The translations under genes were made by a program, and so were the position numbers. From Eledone cirrhosa (taxonomy: Eukaryota): DNA of 64,000 bases. The DNA lies in the NCBI GenBank assembly GCA_964016885.1, contig OZ024740.1, positions 330,584,001 through 330,648,000 of the forward strand, written 5' to 3'. The first letter of the stretch is position 1, and every line of letters begins with the position of its first letter. The notes under the pieces are model-generated. The model was not told the DNA's origin and did not search any database. It was given only the letters and a program-made list of their open reading frames with translations. Shown here piece after piece: positions 1-13,320 of the stretch.

Positions 1-396
1 CACTGCCAAACTGCTGAGCGACATCCCCGGGTGTGAGTTTTTGATTATCACACAAGGAATATCTCTCAAGGAGTTCCTTCCCAACTCATGATCTTATCTG
101 TTTCATCCAGATAGACTTGCTCGAGAAACGAGCTCCTACGATTCGAGGTTCGTAGATGTTGTCGGAGAGATATGATGCGACATTCAAATGTTGTCTGGAC
201 TGATGTTAGGCCTCTGCCTCCCTGCTTACCTTTCAAGTAAAGGCGGTCTATGTAACTGTTGATGTGGAAGTTTCCGGTGTTGTTCAGTATTTTTCGAGTT
301 CCAACATCAACAGCTCGGATTTCGTCTATCGTCCAATTGAGTATTCCAAACGTTGGTGTTAGGACAGGCACAGAATTGTGAGCCACTGTTTTGTTT

Positions 397-398
<2 letters not shown>
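1..398 (-). mobile_element. R4/Dong-clade non-LTR retrotransposon fragment (post-RT region), 5'-truncated, running off the window edge
   Basis: ORF 66..386 reads HNSVPVLTPTFGILNWT..EI..DVGTRKIL...FHINS.IDRLY....GGRGL, matching the R4/Dong post-RT signature as I recall it; it abuts an (ATGT)n tract. Confidence 0.75.
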
Positions 399-428
<30 letters not shown>

Positions 429-478
429 TGTATGTATGTATGTATGTATGTATGTATGTATGTATGTATGTATGTATG
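399..478. repeat. (ATGT)n microsatellite
   Basis: Direct reading. Confidence 0.95.
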
Positions 479-481
479 TTG

Positions 482-1090
482 TGTCAGGTCACCAGTTGGT
501 GCTACTGGTAACATGTATCCCAGTACAACCTGTCCCATGGTCGGGTCGTTGGTGACTAAACTGGCAACCCCACCAAGGTTTCTTGGTGAGGAGGGTGACT
601 TTTGACATCCTGCAGGACTAAAAACAAAACCTGTCAAAGGGCAAAGGAGCTCTTTAGAGTCAATGGCCATCCAAAATCACTGGGAGAGATGACCCCTTAG
701 CCTTTGTCAAGGCAGAATTCTAGGAGAAGGAAAACTCTGATATAACACCTGCAACTCTGATGGTATCCAATGATGTTGACTTGTTCTTCTTTTTGGTAAA
801 TATTATCTTGATTAAGAGAGTGGGACTGGCTTTGTGCAGTGCCTTTGCTCACTATAAAAGCTTCACGGCACAGGCATTGCTTTATATCTGGAGATCTCTC
901 TGCACTTGTCGTCACATGGTACCATTGGCCCAGCACTATGTGTCAATAATTGTCACAGGTGTAGTGTTTGTACAGAGTTTTCAAGTCGCTGGCTGGACTA
1001 AAAAGTCACACTTGTTCAGCGCATTAGTAGGGGTTCTCCTACATGGATATAAAGTAGTGGCCGTACTCGAAAACGAGTTGGCAGCCACCA
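482..1090 (+). mobile_element. ~600 bp non-autonomous retroelement, probably RTE-derived, copy 1, with (TGTA)n tail
   Basis: Near-identical tandem copy at 1131-1726 and inverted 5'-truncated copy at 42261-42670; all end GGCAGCCACCA followed by TGTA; contains CTAGGAGAAGGAAAACTCTGA, a motif I recall from RTE 5' UTRs. Confidence 0.6.
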
Positions 1091-1130
1091 TGTATGTATG
1101 TATGTATGTATGTATGTATGTATGTATATA

Positions 1131-1726
1131 TGTCAGGTCACCAGTTGGTGCTACTGGTAACATGTATTCCAGTACAACATGTCCCATGGTCGGGTCTTTG
1201 GCGACTAAACTGGCAACCTTCCAATGTTTCTTGGTGAGGGGGTGCCTTTGGACTAAAAACAAAACTTGTCAAAGGGCAAAGGAGCTCTTAAGAATCAATG
1301 GCCATCCAAAATCACTGGTAGAGATAACCCCTTAGCCTTTCTCAAGGCAGAATTCTAGGAGAAGGAAAACTCTGATATAACACCTGCAACCCTGATGGTA
1401 TCCAATGATGTTGACTTGTTCGTCTTTTTGATAAATATCATCTTGGTTAAGAGAGTGGGACTGGCTTTGTGCAGTGTCTTTGCTCACTATAAAAGCTTCA
1501 CGGCACAGGCATTGCTTTATATCTGGAGATCTATTTGCACTTGTCGTCATATGGTACCATGGGCCCAGCAATATATGTCAATAATTATCACAAGTGTAGT
1601 GTCTGTACCAGAGTTTTCAAATCGCTAGCTGGACTAAAAAGTCACGCTCGTTCAGCGCATTGGCAGGGGTTTTCCTACATGGATATAGGGTAATGGCCGT
1701 ACTCGAAAACGAGTTGGCAGCCACCA
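1131..1726 (+). mobile_element. Same non-autonomous retroelement, copy 2
   Basis: Colinear with 482-1090 from TGTCAGGTCACC to GGCAGCCACCA. Confidence 0.6.
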
Positions 1727-1740
1727 TGTATATATGTATG

Positions 1741-1835
<95 letters not shown>

Positions 1836-2065
1836 ATATCATTTATATTTTTATATATTTTTATATCTGTATATCTCTTTGACCCGAAATAGGCGATCGA
1901 ATTTTCGCTGTGTGGATGATTAGTTTAACCACCATCTCAGTGTGTTTGTCCTTTAACGTAAGTTGTAAGCTCTAATTCATATGAATTATCGAGCGTTTGC
2001 CACACAACTCGGAAGTGATTCTCGTTAATTCCTGAGCTGAAATTCGATTCTCGCTAATTTTTGCT

Positions 2066-2177
<112 letters not shown>

Positions 2178-2401
2178 CATATTTATACCCATACACACAT
2201 ACATACATATATACATACATATATACATATATACAGATATACACATATACATATATACACATATATACATACACTTATATATATACATATATATATATAC
2301 ATATATATACATACATATACACACATATATACACACACATACACATACATTTATATATATATATATACATATATAGACATATATACAGACACATACATAT
2401 A

Positions 2402-2448
<47 letters not shown>

Positions 2449-2647
2449 TTAGAAACACACAGATACATGCGGACACACACATATATACATGAATGCATCC
2501 GCACCCAACTGTGAGTTAAGGACTCTATATCTTTGATATATTGTTTTTGTTTATGCCACGAAACTACGTAGTCGAGGAATTTAGGAACAGTTTAGGTATG
2601 ATACATTTTATTACTAATTATATCTAAATGTTTCTTCTCTCTTCATA

Positions 2648-2740
<93 letters not shown>

Positions 2741-2743
<3 letters not shown>

Positions 2744-2850
2744 ATACACGGGTGTGTATGATTGTGTATAGAAGATTATATTAATAAAAGGAATTCCAAC
2801 TTTGTCTGAATTACTCATTTTATTTACAATCCTTTAACATTTATAATGGT
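2741..2850 (-). mobile_element. Family C (HHR-bearing PLE terminal-like unit), 3'-end fragment
   Basis: Direct near-copy of 3318-3428. Confidence 0.75.
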
Positions 2851-2967
2851 AAAAAAGACTCCAGTTGCATTTTCGATTTCATTTTTTTCCTCATACTTTC
2901 ACTCGAGTAGGACACCGGTTATTTTTCATTTTGTAAAAAAAAACTCACTTTCTAATACATATATATA

Positions 2968-3156
2968 TAGAAGGGTGGGATAAGATTTCATAGGCTGACT
3001 ATGAAAGATTGATGCTAGACCTGTGAAATCTTGTATGCATTAATTGCAACTCTTATTAATAAGTCCATTGTTTCTTTTCGGCGACTATTTTGAAAAGTAA
3101 ACCTAATTTGGTCACTGTACGAGATTATCTTGATCAGCTGATGACCTTTTCAGCCT
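2968..3156. mobile_element. Degenerate mariner-type MITE (mirrored at about 4100-4290)
   Basis: Imperfect TIR-like ends GAAGGGTGGGATAAGATTTCATAGGCTGAC and GATCAGCTGATGACCTTTTCAGCC, starting after TA. Confidence 0.45.
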
Positions 3157-3215
3157 GTACAGGTTTTAGCCAACACACGTACATATATGTATGTATATAT
3201 ATATATATATATCTA

Positions 3216-3309
<94 letters not shown>

Positions 3310-3473
3310 GAGAGAGAAATATACACGGGTGTGTATGATTGTGTATAGAAGATTATATTAATAAAAGGAATTCTAACTTTGTCTGATTTACTCGTTTTAT
3401 TTACAATCCTTTAAAATTTATAATGGTATTAGAATGACATAGTATGGTAGAATATTAAATGTTAAGTGTTAAT

Positions 3474-3512
3474 TGAACAAGTACTTTCATCCTTTCGCAA
3501 TCTTCAGGTTCA
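3474..3512 (-). ncRNA. Type I minimal hammerhead ribozyme (family C, left arm)
   Basis: Reverse complement reads tgaac CTGAAGA ttgcgaaaggat GAAA gtac TT gttca. Confidence 0.7.
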
Positions 3513-3587
3513 TAATGTGTGGTGACAGTCAAGTTTGCTATTTTCAACTGGGTTGAAAATTGCAAACTTGACTGTCACCACTGAATG

Positions 3588-3627
3588 TGAACCTGAAGAT
3601 TGCGAGAAGCATGAAAGTACTTGTTCA
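3588..3627 (+). ncRNA. Type I minimal hammerhead ribozyme (family C, right arm)
   Basis: tgaac CTGAAGA ttgcgagaagcat GAAA gtac TT gttca; stem I tgaac/gttca; palindromic stem III aagtactt. Confidence 0.75.
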
Positions 3628-3778
3628 ATTAACACTTAACATTTAATATTCTACCATACTATGTCATTCTAATACCATTATACATTTTAAAGGATTGTAA
3701 ATAAAACGAGTAAATCAGACAAAGTTAGAATTCCTTTTATTAATATAATCTTCTATACACAATCATACACACCCGTGT

Positions 3779-3840
<62 letters not shown>

Positions 3841-3856
3841 ATATATATATATACAT

Positions 3857-3913
3857 ATGAGATTCCTGATGATTTCTAATGAATGAAACAGTTCTAGTCC
3901 TGTAGAATCTCAT
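3857..3913 (+). ncRNA. Type I hammerhead ribozyme (family B, solo ~70 bp insert in (TA)n)
   Basis: atgagattc CTGATGA tttctaatgaat GAAA cag ttctagtc ctg TA gaatctcat; 9-bp stem I; GUA cleavage triplet. Confidence 0.85.
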
Positions 3914-3935
3914 CTATATTAAAACTATATATATA

Positions 3936-4062
<127 letters not shown>

Positions 4063-4369
4063 CATACATATATGTACGTGTGTTGGCTAAAACCTGTACA
4101 GGCTGAAAAGGTCATCAGCTGATCAAGATAATCTCGTACAGTGACCAAATAAGGTTTAATTTTCAAAATAGTCGCCGAAAAGAAACAATGGACTTATTAA
4201 TAAGAGTTGCAATTAATGCATACAAGATTTCACAGGTCTAGCATCAATCTTTCATAGTCAGCCTATGAAATCTTATCCCACCCTTCTATATATATATGTA
4301 TTAGAAAGTGAGTTTTTTTTTACAAAATGAAAAATAACCGGTGTCCTACTCGAGTGATAGTATGAGGAA

Positions 4370-5220
4370 AAAAGATGAAATCGAAAATGCAACTGGAGTC
4401 TTTTTCTTTTTAAATATAGATATGTTTGGTTCCTTTACCGGTTTCGCAGTTCTTCTGCTTTTCAAAAGTAGAGTTGAGATGGAGGGTCTGTGATTTTTCT
4501 CACATCTGGTTGGTCGTTGAATGTTACTTATGTTTTATATGGAAAAAAGTGGCTCGAAATGCCAGGTTTTTAGAGAAGTAATTCGATTTGTTGGTGAATA
4601 AGTATAATAAATTTCGCGCCAGTTCGCGTTACAAAGTACTTCAAACAAAGTGTGTGTGTGGGTGGGTGTGTGTGTGTGCGTGGGGGGGGGGGGGGGGGCT
4701 CAGGTTGTTTTTTCATATATGAGTGAAGTTTTGGTTGGTTGATGCAGTCACGTGAATAAGTACATCAGCTTTCGCGCGAGTTTGTGTTTGAATTTCTCTT
4801 TACTTTAAACAAAATGGCTCACAAAGGCTTTTTTTTATAAATGTAATTTGATTGGTTATAAATCAAATTATGACAGTCACGTGAACAAGTACATTAAATT
4901 TCGCGCCCGTATATACGAATTTCTTTATAGCCATTTAGAAAATTTTGTGCCAAATGGTCAAGAAAAAGGGATGGAGAGAGTTGTTCTGAGTATGACTGAT
5001 GTGCTGAAATGTAATTTGATTGGTTATGAATGAAATGATGACAGTCACGTGAACAAGTTCATTAAATTTCGCGCCCGTATTTGGGAATTTATTTTGTAGT
5101 CTTTTAGAGAATGTTGTGCCAACAAAAGATAATGGTCAAGAGAAATAGGATCGGGAGAATTGTTCTGGTTCAGTGAATATGGCTGGTGTGCTGGGGTGTC
5201 AGAATTCAGACTTTCTATTG
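4370..5220 (+). repeat. Unclassified interspersed repeat with internal subrepeats (TCACGTGA, TTTCGCGC, ATTGG)
   Basis: Subunit repeated at about 4730-4780, 4840-4910 and 5008-5080; diverged inverted copy at 12713-13186. Confidence 0.75.
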
Positions 5221-5425
5221 AAATAAAGAAAGTAGAGATATGTATGTTTATTTGTGTGTGTGTGTATAAACATGATTCTATTAGTAGAAATAGGGGAGGG
5301 AGTTGTGTGTGTGTATGGGTGTTATGTGTGTGTGGGAGTATGGTTAGCATGTTAAGATGGAGAGAATATATTTTGTGTGTGTGTAGGAAAATGATTCCGT
5401 TAGTAGAAATGGTGGAGGGAGTTAT

Positions 5426-5456
<31 letters not shown>

Positions 5457-6475
5457 GGGGGGTTAGCATGTTAAGGTGTTAGAGTATGTTAAGGTTTATT
5501 TAGTTCTAGTTTTTATTTTCTAAAGTAGGTGTTACGTGTGTGTGTATATATGTGTTTGTTTGGATGGTTAGCATGTTATGGTGTTGACATAATGTATATT
5601 AAACTATATTTAATGCTGATCTATATTTTTGAATAAACATATTTTCATGATTTATACGTATTTGTTCTGTTGTATATATATATGTAAGTGTGTGTGTCTG
5701 TGCGTGTGTCTGTGTGTGTATGTGTGTGTTTGTGCGTGCGTGTGTGTGTATGTATGTACGTTTGTGTGTGTGTATGTCTGTGTCTATGTATGTGTGTGTG
5801 TGTCACTGTATGTTATCTTATCTATATTAGTTGGTCTTGCATTTCAGAAGATTATAAGAATACCTACTCTAAATGAAAGACTTTGGGCCAAAGAGACAAT
5901 CTAATATCTTAGGTGAAATTGCTGATATCAAATATCAAATACACCATGAGGTTTCTTTTCTTACTTAAACTATTCCTTTATCTGATTATTCTATTTCGAA
6001 AAATTGTTTAGCACTATATATTTCAAATATAAACTCTATTCTCTTGCTGTATTGAAGAAAAAATAAATGACAATGAAGAAAAAGGTTCAGAAATGGTGTG
6101 CACAAAATTGCTGTAGTTGTTCATTTAATATAACAAAGGTACATACGATCCGTAGAGAGAGATTTTACATGGGTCTTTTGCCTGTTGGAATTGGCAAGAA
6201 ATTCACCTCACAGAAAAAGATCACCGCGTAATGTTGTAGATATCCTCAAACTGATGTTATGAATCGAGAGTGACGACTGAAACAAATGTGATCAATTATC
6301 CTGTAAGCCAAATTTGACCTGGTGCTATGAGAATACATAAGAAAGCAACGAGTGTGGCAAAAACAGAAATATATGTCTCTATTTACGCGTTAATTGAATA
6401 AATAGGATAGTAAAATGTATATTATAAATAAATATTACACCCTTACACACATACATGAACACTCACACACATGTA

Positions 6476-6506
<31 letters not shown>

Positions 6507-6510
6507 GCAA

Positions 6511-6570
6511 GGGCGGTGCCCCAGCATGGCTTCAGCCGGATGGCTGAAACAGGTAAAAGAGTAAAAGAGT
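6511..6570 (+). mobile_element. SINE 3' tail fragment
   Basis: GGCGGTGCCCCAGCATGGC...CTGAAACAGGTAAAAGAGTAAAAGAG resembles a common octopus SINE 3' end (recalled, not searched). Confidence 0.55.
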
Positions 6571-6588
6571 ATATATATATATATATAT

Positions 6589-6720
6589 AACGGAGCAGTT
6601 GTGGTAATTAACCAGATGGACCATAACGCGCCAGAGTACTCAATACTTAGAGTAGTAGACTTTAGTCCAGAAATAGCCGTCGAAACGGCTTGAGCTCTGC
6701 CGTCGGGGTCATACTTTCTC

Positions 6721-6721
<1 letters not shown>
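6589..6721. mobile_element. Family A bipolar insertion (inverted tail plus forward short end) in (TA)n
   Basis: 6589-6659 matches the inverted tail at 44751-44821; 6666-6721 matches the forward arm at 44889-44946. Confidence 0.85.
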
Positions 6722-6802
<81 letters not shown>

Positions 6803-7369
6803 GTCTGTGTATATAAGTATCCTAATACTTTTGTACATAATTTAAACGTATGATAGATATTAAGTAAGCATATACAAATGTGAATGTATACCATGTTCTC
6901 GTGCGTATCATTGTGTATTTGCCTGAGTTAACGCGATATTATATGTGTTATTTTTCGAAAATGAATGCAGCTGATATAACCTGTAAATTAAGAGAGTTGT
7001 CGATATAACTGTAGTCATAATAGGTGAATTTGCGTTGATGTTGAGAAGAATTAGAGGAGACAAGTGAAAAGCTGTATTGATTTTATGACAGCCTTCCTTC
7101 ATGCTACAGAAACATTGAGAAACTCATTGCTCTAGGTTATTTGATAACAGCATTGCCAAGTAAGATGTTCAATTGGCTTTTTGACCTTTTCATGTTTGCT
7201 TAGATAGGGATTATATATCTAAAATACGCAGAACCACTTACATACATAACATTATTTCCACATATACATATATTCATATTTGTGTATTGTATGTTCTTTT
7301 CTTCATTTCATACATTGTTTACACACTAACACACACACACACAGACACACATACACACATACACACACG

Positions 7370-7433
<64 letters not shown>

Positions 7434-7448
7434 TTTTAATATAGATGA

Positions 7449-7496
7449 GATTCTACAGGACTAGAACTGTTTCATTTTTAGAAATCATCAGGAATC
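7449..7496 (-). ncRNA. Type I hammerhead ribozyme (family B, left arm)
   Basis: Reverse complement reads gattc CTGATGA tttctaaaaat GAAA cagttctagtcctg TA gaatc. Confidence 0.8.
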
Positions 7497-7501
7497 TCAG
7501 G

Positions 7502-7550
7502 GATTCCTGATGATTTCTAAAGAATGAAACAGTTCTAGTTCTGTAGAATC
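7502..7550 (+). ncRNA. Type I hammerhead ribozyme (family B, right arm)
   Basis: gattc CTGATGA tttctaaagaat GAAA cag ttctagtt ctg TA gaatc. Confidence 0.85.
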
Positions 7551-10423
7551 TGATCTATATTAAAACTTTTATACTCTGCAATGTATTGAGTACCTTACTT
7601 ACTGTGGTTACCTCCCATTCAACCCGGAATAACGTATATATATATATATGTATATAAATATATGTATATATATGTTTTCTGCTTTTTCCTTTTATATATA
7701 AATATATGTGTGGGTGTGTGTGTATATGTATGTGTGTGTATATCTATGTGGGTGTGTGTGGACGGGTGGGTGTCAGTAACGGTATTCTTCATATCAAGGA
7801 TTATAATAGGTTTCGCTGATGAGATGTCACCGTATTCTTCATGTGTTACAAATATAACTCAATGCATTCAATTGTTAAAGGATAGGTCGTGCTTTTTTAT
7901 CTGTGCTAGGGATTATCTCTACCACACAATAACACAATTTCCGCCAATTTGCTTCCACATAAATGTATCCTTTCAAATGTTATTCAAATGAGTTTAGTCA
8001 ACTAGGAGGCTATGACAGGCTACAATCTGATATGCTGCCGAGGAGTACATTTGAACACGAAGCATTGTTGTTGCAAAGTGAAATTCGTAAACATATATAT
8101 ATACATGTTTCGGACATTTCAATTACATTTGTGATTAGATTGGCGATATCATTACATACATTGTAAGAGAAATGTCCACGTTTCTGTTACTTTCAATACA
8201 TCAAATTAATTACACATTATATGTGGTTACTCTCGAAGAAAATATAATAAAACATTTTCAGACGAAGGAAACCTTGTGAAATATTATGCTTTCTTCCTTG
8301 TGGCGGCTAATTTTTTGGTGAGAATATGTGTTATTATCTTTTAATATAAATGATGCACGCTAATAGATAATTGACTTATGTCTAAATATTCGATTGTTAG
8401 TATATACCTCCTGAATTAGTAAGACCTCTTGGCTATAAAAGCTAATACGAAATCAGCACAGATCAAGTTGACATTTGATCAAATTGCAATATACAACCAT
8501 TACGTGTTTTATTCAGTGTCTACAGGGGTTCATTATCTCGTATATTGTTGTTTAATTGAAGGGGTATATATCAGCTATTTAGCGAAGATTACGTGGCTAC
8601 GCTAGCATAGATTATAACTTTGTCTTATTATTTCACACTTTCAGTAATCGGCATTCCCAATCTGAGTAAATAACAATATCCCAACTAGATACTTAAAAAA
8701 TACAATTGCGAAAATTCCTAAAACAATCGCTTGAAAACTACCGAAGAAAACAGAATTGTTCAATAAAAGGAATCGTATATTTGAGCTATGTATCTAGCAT
8801 CAATCTATATGAATGCCCTGTCAAAATGACTTATAAAATACTGCAATATTAAATAATACCCTATGCTTCATTTATAAAATAGCTTATATCATTGGTGGTG
8901 TTGTTTAGTCGAAACGTATCGAGCAAACATTTGATCTCACGAATTCCATTCACCTTCAACTCGTATTTTCTTAGTAATAATATACTCTGTTATTTTATCA
9001 TGTATGATTTTAACCGATAAATTGTGATTCGGGTAAGACTTTTAGTTAATTACTTTGCATCGTTCCACCAAAGGGAGGAGTATTATTTATTTAAATTGAT
9101 TTATGTCTCGCACTTTCGTATTTAGACAATTATATGTATTTTAGAAGACATATGGAACGGTTAAAGTTATTGGGAATTAAACTGTCATGCCTTCTGCATT
9201 TGCAGTGTTTATTGAAATAAAATTGACATTAAAGAAGTCCAAATAGTTTCGACATTATCTCACCTTTAATTCAATTGCGATATATTTGAGATATACAAGA
9301 AACAAAGATTACCTCGCAGTTGAGTTGCTAGATGTGGCAAATGTATTTTGGAAAATCCCGAAGGATTAATGTATTGTGAGTCATTTGATGATAGAGTTCA
9401 TTAGATCAAAATATACAAAATGGCAGTAAGTAGAATCTCAATATTGGAAAATTTACTGCTCTCAAGATATTTCAAGTCCTACTCCAACTAAGTAGTTTGA
9501 ACTATAGTCCATACTCCAGTGGCCAATAATAATGTAAACAGTTACTCTGAAAAAATTAATTATAATACCTATATTCGAAAATGGCAAATATTGCCACGGA
9601 CCTGTCCGTGTTTTGCTTTGTCCAGAACCAATGATTATCTGATAAAGTGACCTATTCCATCGATAATCCTGAGAGATCAATACTACTAAAAGGCGGATGG
9701 TGTTGGATAATATTTTTGCCTCTTGTTTTGATGGAGCAATTTGTCGAATAGGCGTGGACCTTTGATAGATACGCTGGCAGTATTAACATGAAAAAGAATT
9801 CACATACAGAAGAAAACTATAATATTTCGAATAAAAACACCAAAGGGATTTTGGCGATCACACTTGACCCCTCTGAAAATATCACTTTGCTTCCTATAAC
9901 AAATAGCTGACCAACAAAAGAAAGATGCTAAAAATTGTAATGATTGCAGACCACCGAATGCGGAATAATTATGATTCATCTAGCAGTAGAAACAAAAGAA
10001 TTAGTGAGCTCTTTGGACGCTGCAAAGATGATTGATGGGAAATAGGTACCAGACGTTTTATTTAACCAATGCTGTTTCACTGCCCGATTGATTTGAGGTA
10101 TCTGCAAAGCTAAATCCATACTCGAAAGATTTAGTAAATGCTGCTAATAATGTGCGCAATTACATTTGGAAAATGATTAGTATTTATTTAATATGGTAAA
10201 ACTCTATAATATTTTACTAAATCATTCCGTACTGTTGCGTTGGAGTTTAGTTGGCTATATCTGTAGTTAAACATTGCTATATGAATTAATTTTTAGGTTC
10301 AGACAAAACCACATACGCATCTACATCCCCACTTGATTGGAGAAGGAGTACATCAACCCATTCAGGCAATAATTTTTTATCCCAAATATTTGAGCTTAAT
10401 ATTATTTATTATTATTAATGTAT

Positions 10424-10590
10424 AGGACGCAACATGTACGAATGATTAAAAGTTTCGCTTCGGAGTCATTAGAGTTCGGGTTCTATCCCACTGTATGGTA
10501 GTTTGTGCAAATGTCATTTACCATAGCATCGGGTTACCTCATGCTTTGTGAATAAAAGTTGGTAGTTGGAAACTTTTTGAAAGCCTGTCG
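10424..10590 (+). mobile_element. Degenerate tRNA-derived SINE
   Basis: B-box-like GGTTCTATCCC followed by CATAGCATCGGG...TTTGTGAAT...TTGGTAGTTGGAAAC...AAGCCTGTCG; related fragment at about 52195-52270. Confidence 0.55.
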
Positions 10591-12712
10591 GATGGACTGT
10601 ACCTATAACTGAAAGTGTCCGTTTTGTCACACAATGTGTCACGTTAAATCAACCCTACAATCTAAACTATAATAAAAGAGCAGCGCGGGACTGCGTACGG
10701 TTTATAATTTGTTATCCCATTAGTAAAATAAGTTGAATTACTTTGAATAAATAATGAATCAATATTACATAATTTATCTACTAAATTCCGTGGCTGTTGA
10801 TTAAATATATTTTGTTTATTTAAAGATTCACTTTTTTTAAATTTCTGAAATGTCAACACTTCCGGTTGGCGATCGCTTGAATAAACATACTAATTGTCTG
10901 TCACTAATTTTTTCCTAGTGCAGTTTATATATAATATCGTCTTTATTTAATGTATCATGGATTACATTACTGATTACAAAAAACAGAGTAACACATTCTT
11001 CCTTCAATTTCTGTGTATATTGTCAATTACGATTTTATTTGATGTATCATATCTACATGTATATATACTTGCGTATAATATCAATATACACACTACACAT
11101 GCTAGCAGAAACCCACGCGAAGGGTGGTTTTTCTGCTTGTTATTTTAATATACACGTCTCCGTGTAATGGTCTGCTACATATACATTAATTTCATGAGAA
11201 AGCTGTATTGCTGATCGCACATTTTCCAAACCGAGGCAGGTGTATCTCATCCTACGTGGGGCACGAAGTCGACACTTTTTTATGGAAAACATTCCAATTG
11301 GTGTGCGACATGTCGGATTTTAAAGCACAATGATTGAATCCTTGAAAACATCTAGAGAAATTTGTTAAAGGTTTAAGAGAGGAATATTACAAGAAACTTA
11401 TTTGATGTAAATGTTCCTCGTCGGATTTGAACAGAAGAAATCGATGTATCAAAAGCACCATTCTATACTTCGCGTCACTTTAATACTTTTAAGAATAACT
11501 ATTCTTACAAAATTATATTGAAAGCTTCAAGGAATATTTCGGATACATTAATATTAAAAACACTCAAAGCGTATGTACCAAATCAGGTATCTTCAAATAG
11601 CCATTTAGCCGACTAGAAAAAGCAACCAAAATCTTATTCAAATTACCTTCTATAATATTTATATTACAGCTGAACAGGTGATTTATTTGGTAAGAACGTT
11701 TTATATATTCATAATAACCATATTTGCAGAATTTGAGTTTCTTTGATATATTTTGTTTTAGGAATTGATGTACTGTGGTAAATTTTCGATATTTGATATT
11801 AGTTACTATCATGTATCTTAAGTTGCGTTCACTACATGAATTATGGTTACATCCATTATTTTATTGGATTTCCTTGTTCAATTAGACGCTGTTTATAATG
11901 AGTTATACTTGGGTGTGATTAGATTTGTATTTGTAACCCCTTCATTTTATATCCATTCTCTATCCTTATTATGTTCTATACATTGAGTGAATAAGCTCAC
12001 ACAATATAATTGAATATATTTTCTTATTCATGTATCTGTCTCCATAATGTGATGATGACTATTGATATTTTAGCAGAATATGTGTCTATATATATCAAAT
12101 ATCTCTTTCTGTTAGAAGAAGCACCTTATTTGGCATATCTTTAGCAGTATCAATTGATTTAAAGATTCCTTCACATCTAGCATATCTTCTAATTCCTAAC
12201 AATTTTGCGTTGTATTCATATTAGAGCAATGCAATTTTCTTTTTTTTTTAATAGTAAGAATACGTATTTCCACTTTTTGTTGATCGAATAATATATTTTT
12301 CCCACAAATTTGGTAGCTTTAGATAAATAGGAAATTAGGTTGTTTAGCCTAATGATATTCGGGTTGCATTCCTTTTAAAGTATTTATAGGTATGGTTGCA
12401 TTGTTATTTTAATTTTCTATATATACTTAGCTTTGTAACTTCTTCAGAACATTCATTTAGAATGTCTTGATTCGTTATTGAGTGTTATATATTTTAGTGT
12501 ATTGCGTACGTTTGATGTTACACATAATTACATATACTTATACTCTTAAGATGTGCAACGGGTAAAGAGTTTACATATGACTGGACATTTTATTGAGCAT
12601 ATGCACTGATCTGTTTGCTTGACACCAGCATAGCTATTTTACTATGTTGGGTGAGGGCATATAGACATTATATATAATATATATATTATATATATATTTA
12701 TTGTCATAAAAT

Positions 12713-13179
12713 ACTCTAAAAGGCTACAAAATAAATTCCCAAATACGGGCGCGAAATGTTAATGAACTTGTTCACGTGACAGCAAAATTTCATTTATAAC
12801 CAATCAAATTACATTTTTAAAAAAAAGCCTTCGTGAGGCCCTTTTTTTAAGTAAAAAGAAATTCAGACACTCATATACGAAAAAATAACCTGAACCGCCC
12901 CACCCTTGATTGAAGAACTGTGTAACGCGAACTGGCGCGAAATTTATTATACTTATAGAACAACCAATCAAATTACTTCTCTAAAAACCTGGCGTTTCGA
13001 GCCACTATTTTCCATATAAAACAAGTAACATTCAAAGACCAACCAGATGTGAGAAAAACCACACACCCTCCACCACAACTCTACTTTTGAAAAGCAGAAG
13101 AACTGCGAAACCGATAAAGGAACGAAATAAATATATATATATATTTTTTAAAATAAGGTCCAGTTGCATTTCCGATTTC

Positions 13180-13186
<7 letters not shown>
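12713..13186 (-). repeat. Second, inverted copy of the 4370-5220 repeat
   Basis: Reverse-complement alignment, e.g. AACGCGAACTGGCGCGAAATTTATTATACTTAT and CTCTACTTTTGAAAAGCAGAAGAACTGCGAAACCG. Confidence 0.8.
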
Positions 13187-13232
<46 letters not shown>

Positions 13233-13236
13233 ATGT

Positions 13237-13320
<84 letters not shown>

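Larger units (their letters stand above)
3317..3784. mobile_element. Family C head-to-head hairpin insertion (two ~232 bp arms)
   Basis: Centre TTTTCAAC-TGG-GTTGAAAA; each arm carries an HHR; other family copies at 2741, 31459 and 56453. Confidence 0.85.
7432..7633. mobile_element. Family B hairpin insertion with ~67 nt tail on the right arm
   Basis: 7432-7496 is the reverse complement of 7502-7566; tail 7567-7633; (TA)n on both sides. Confidence 0.88.

Noticed and set aside
697-936. 79 aa ORF open in all three copies of the 600 bp element
   Set aside because: The copies are too similar for openness to be informative, it starts at a non-ATG codon, it is antisense to the inferred element orientation, and no domain is recognisable
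9200-10170. Possible very old LINE RT remnant
   Set aside because: Only vague motif echoes with stops throughout; cannot be supported without a profile search
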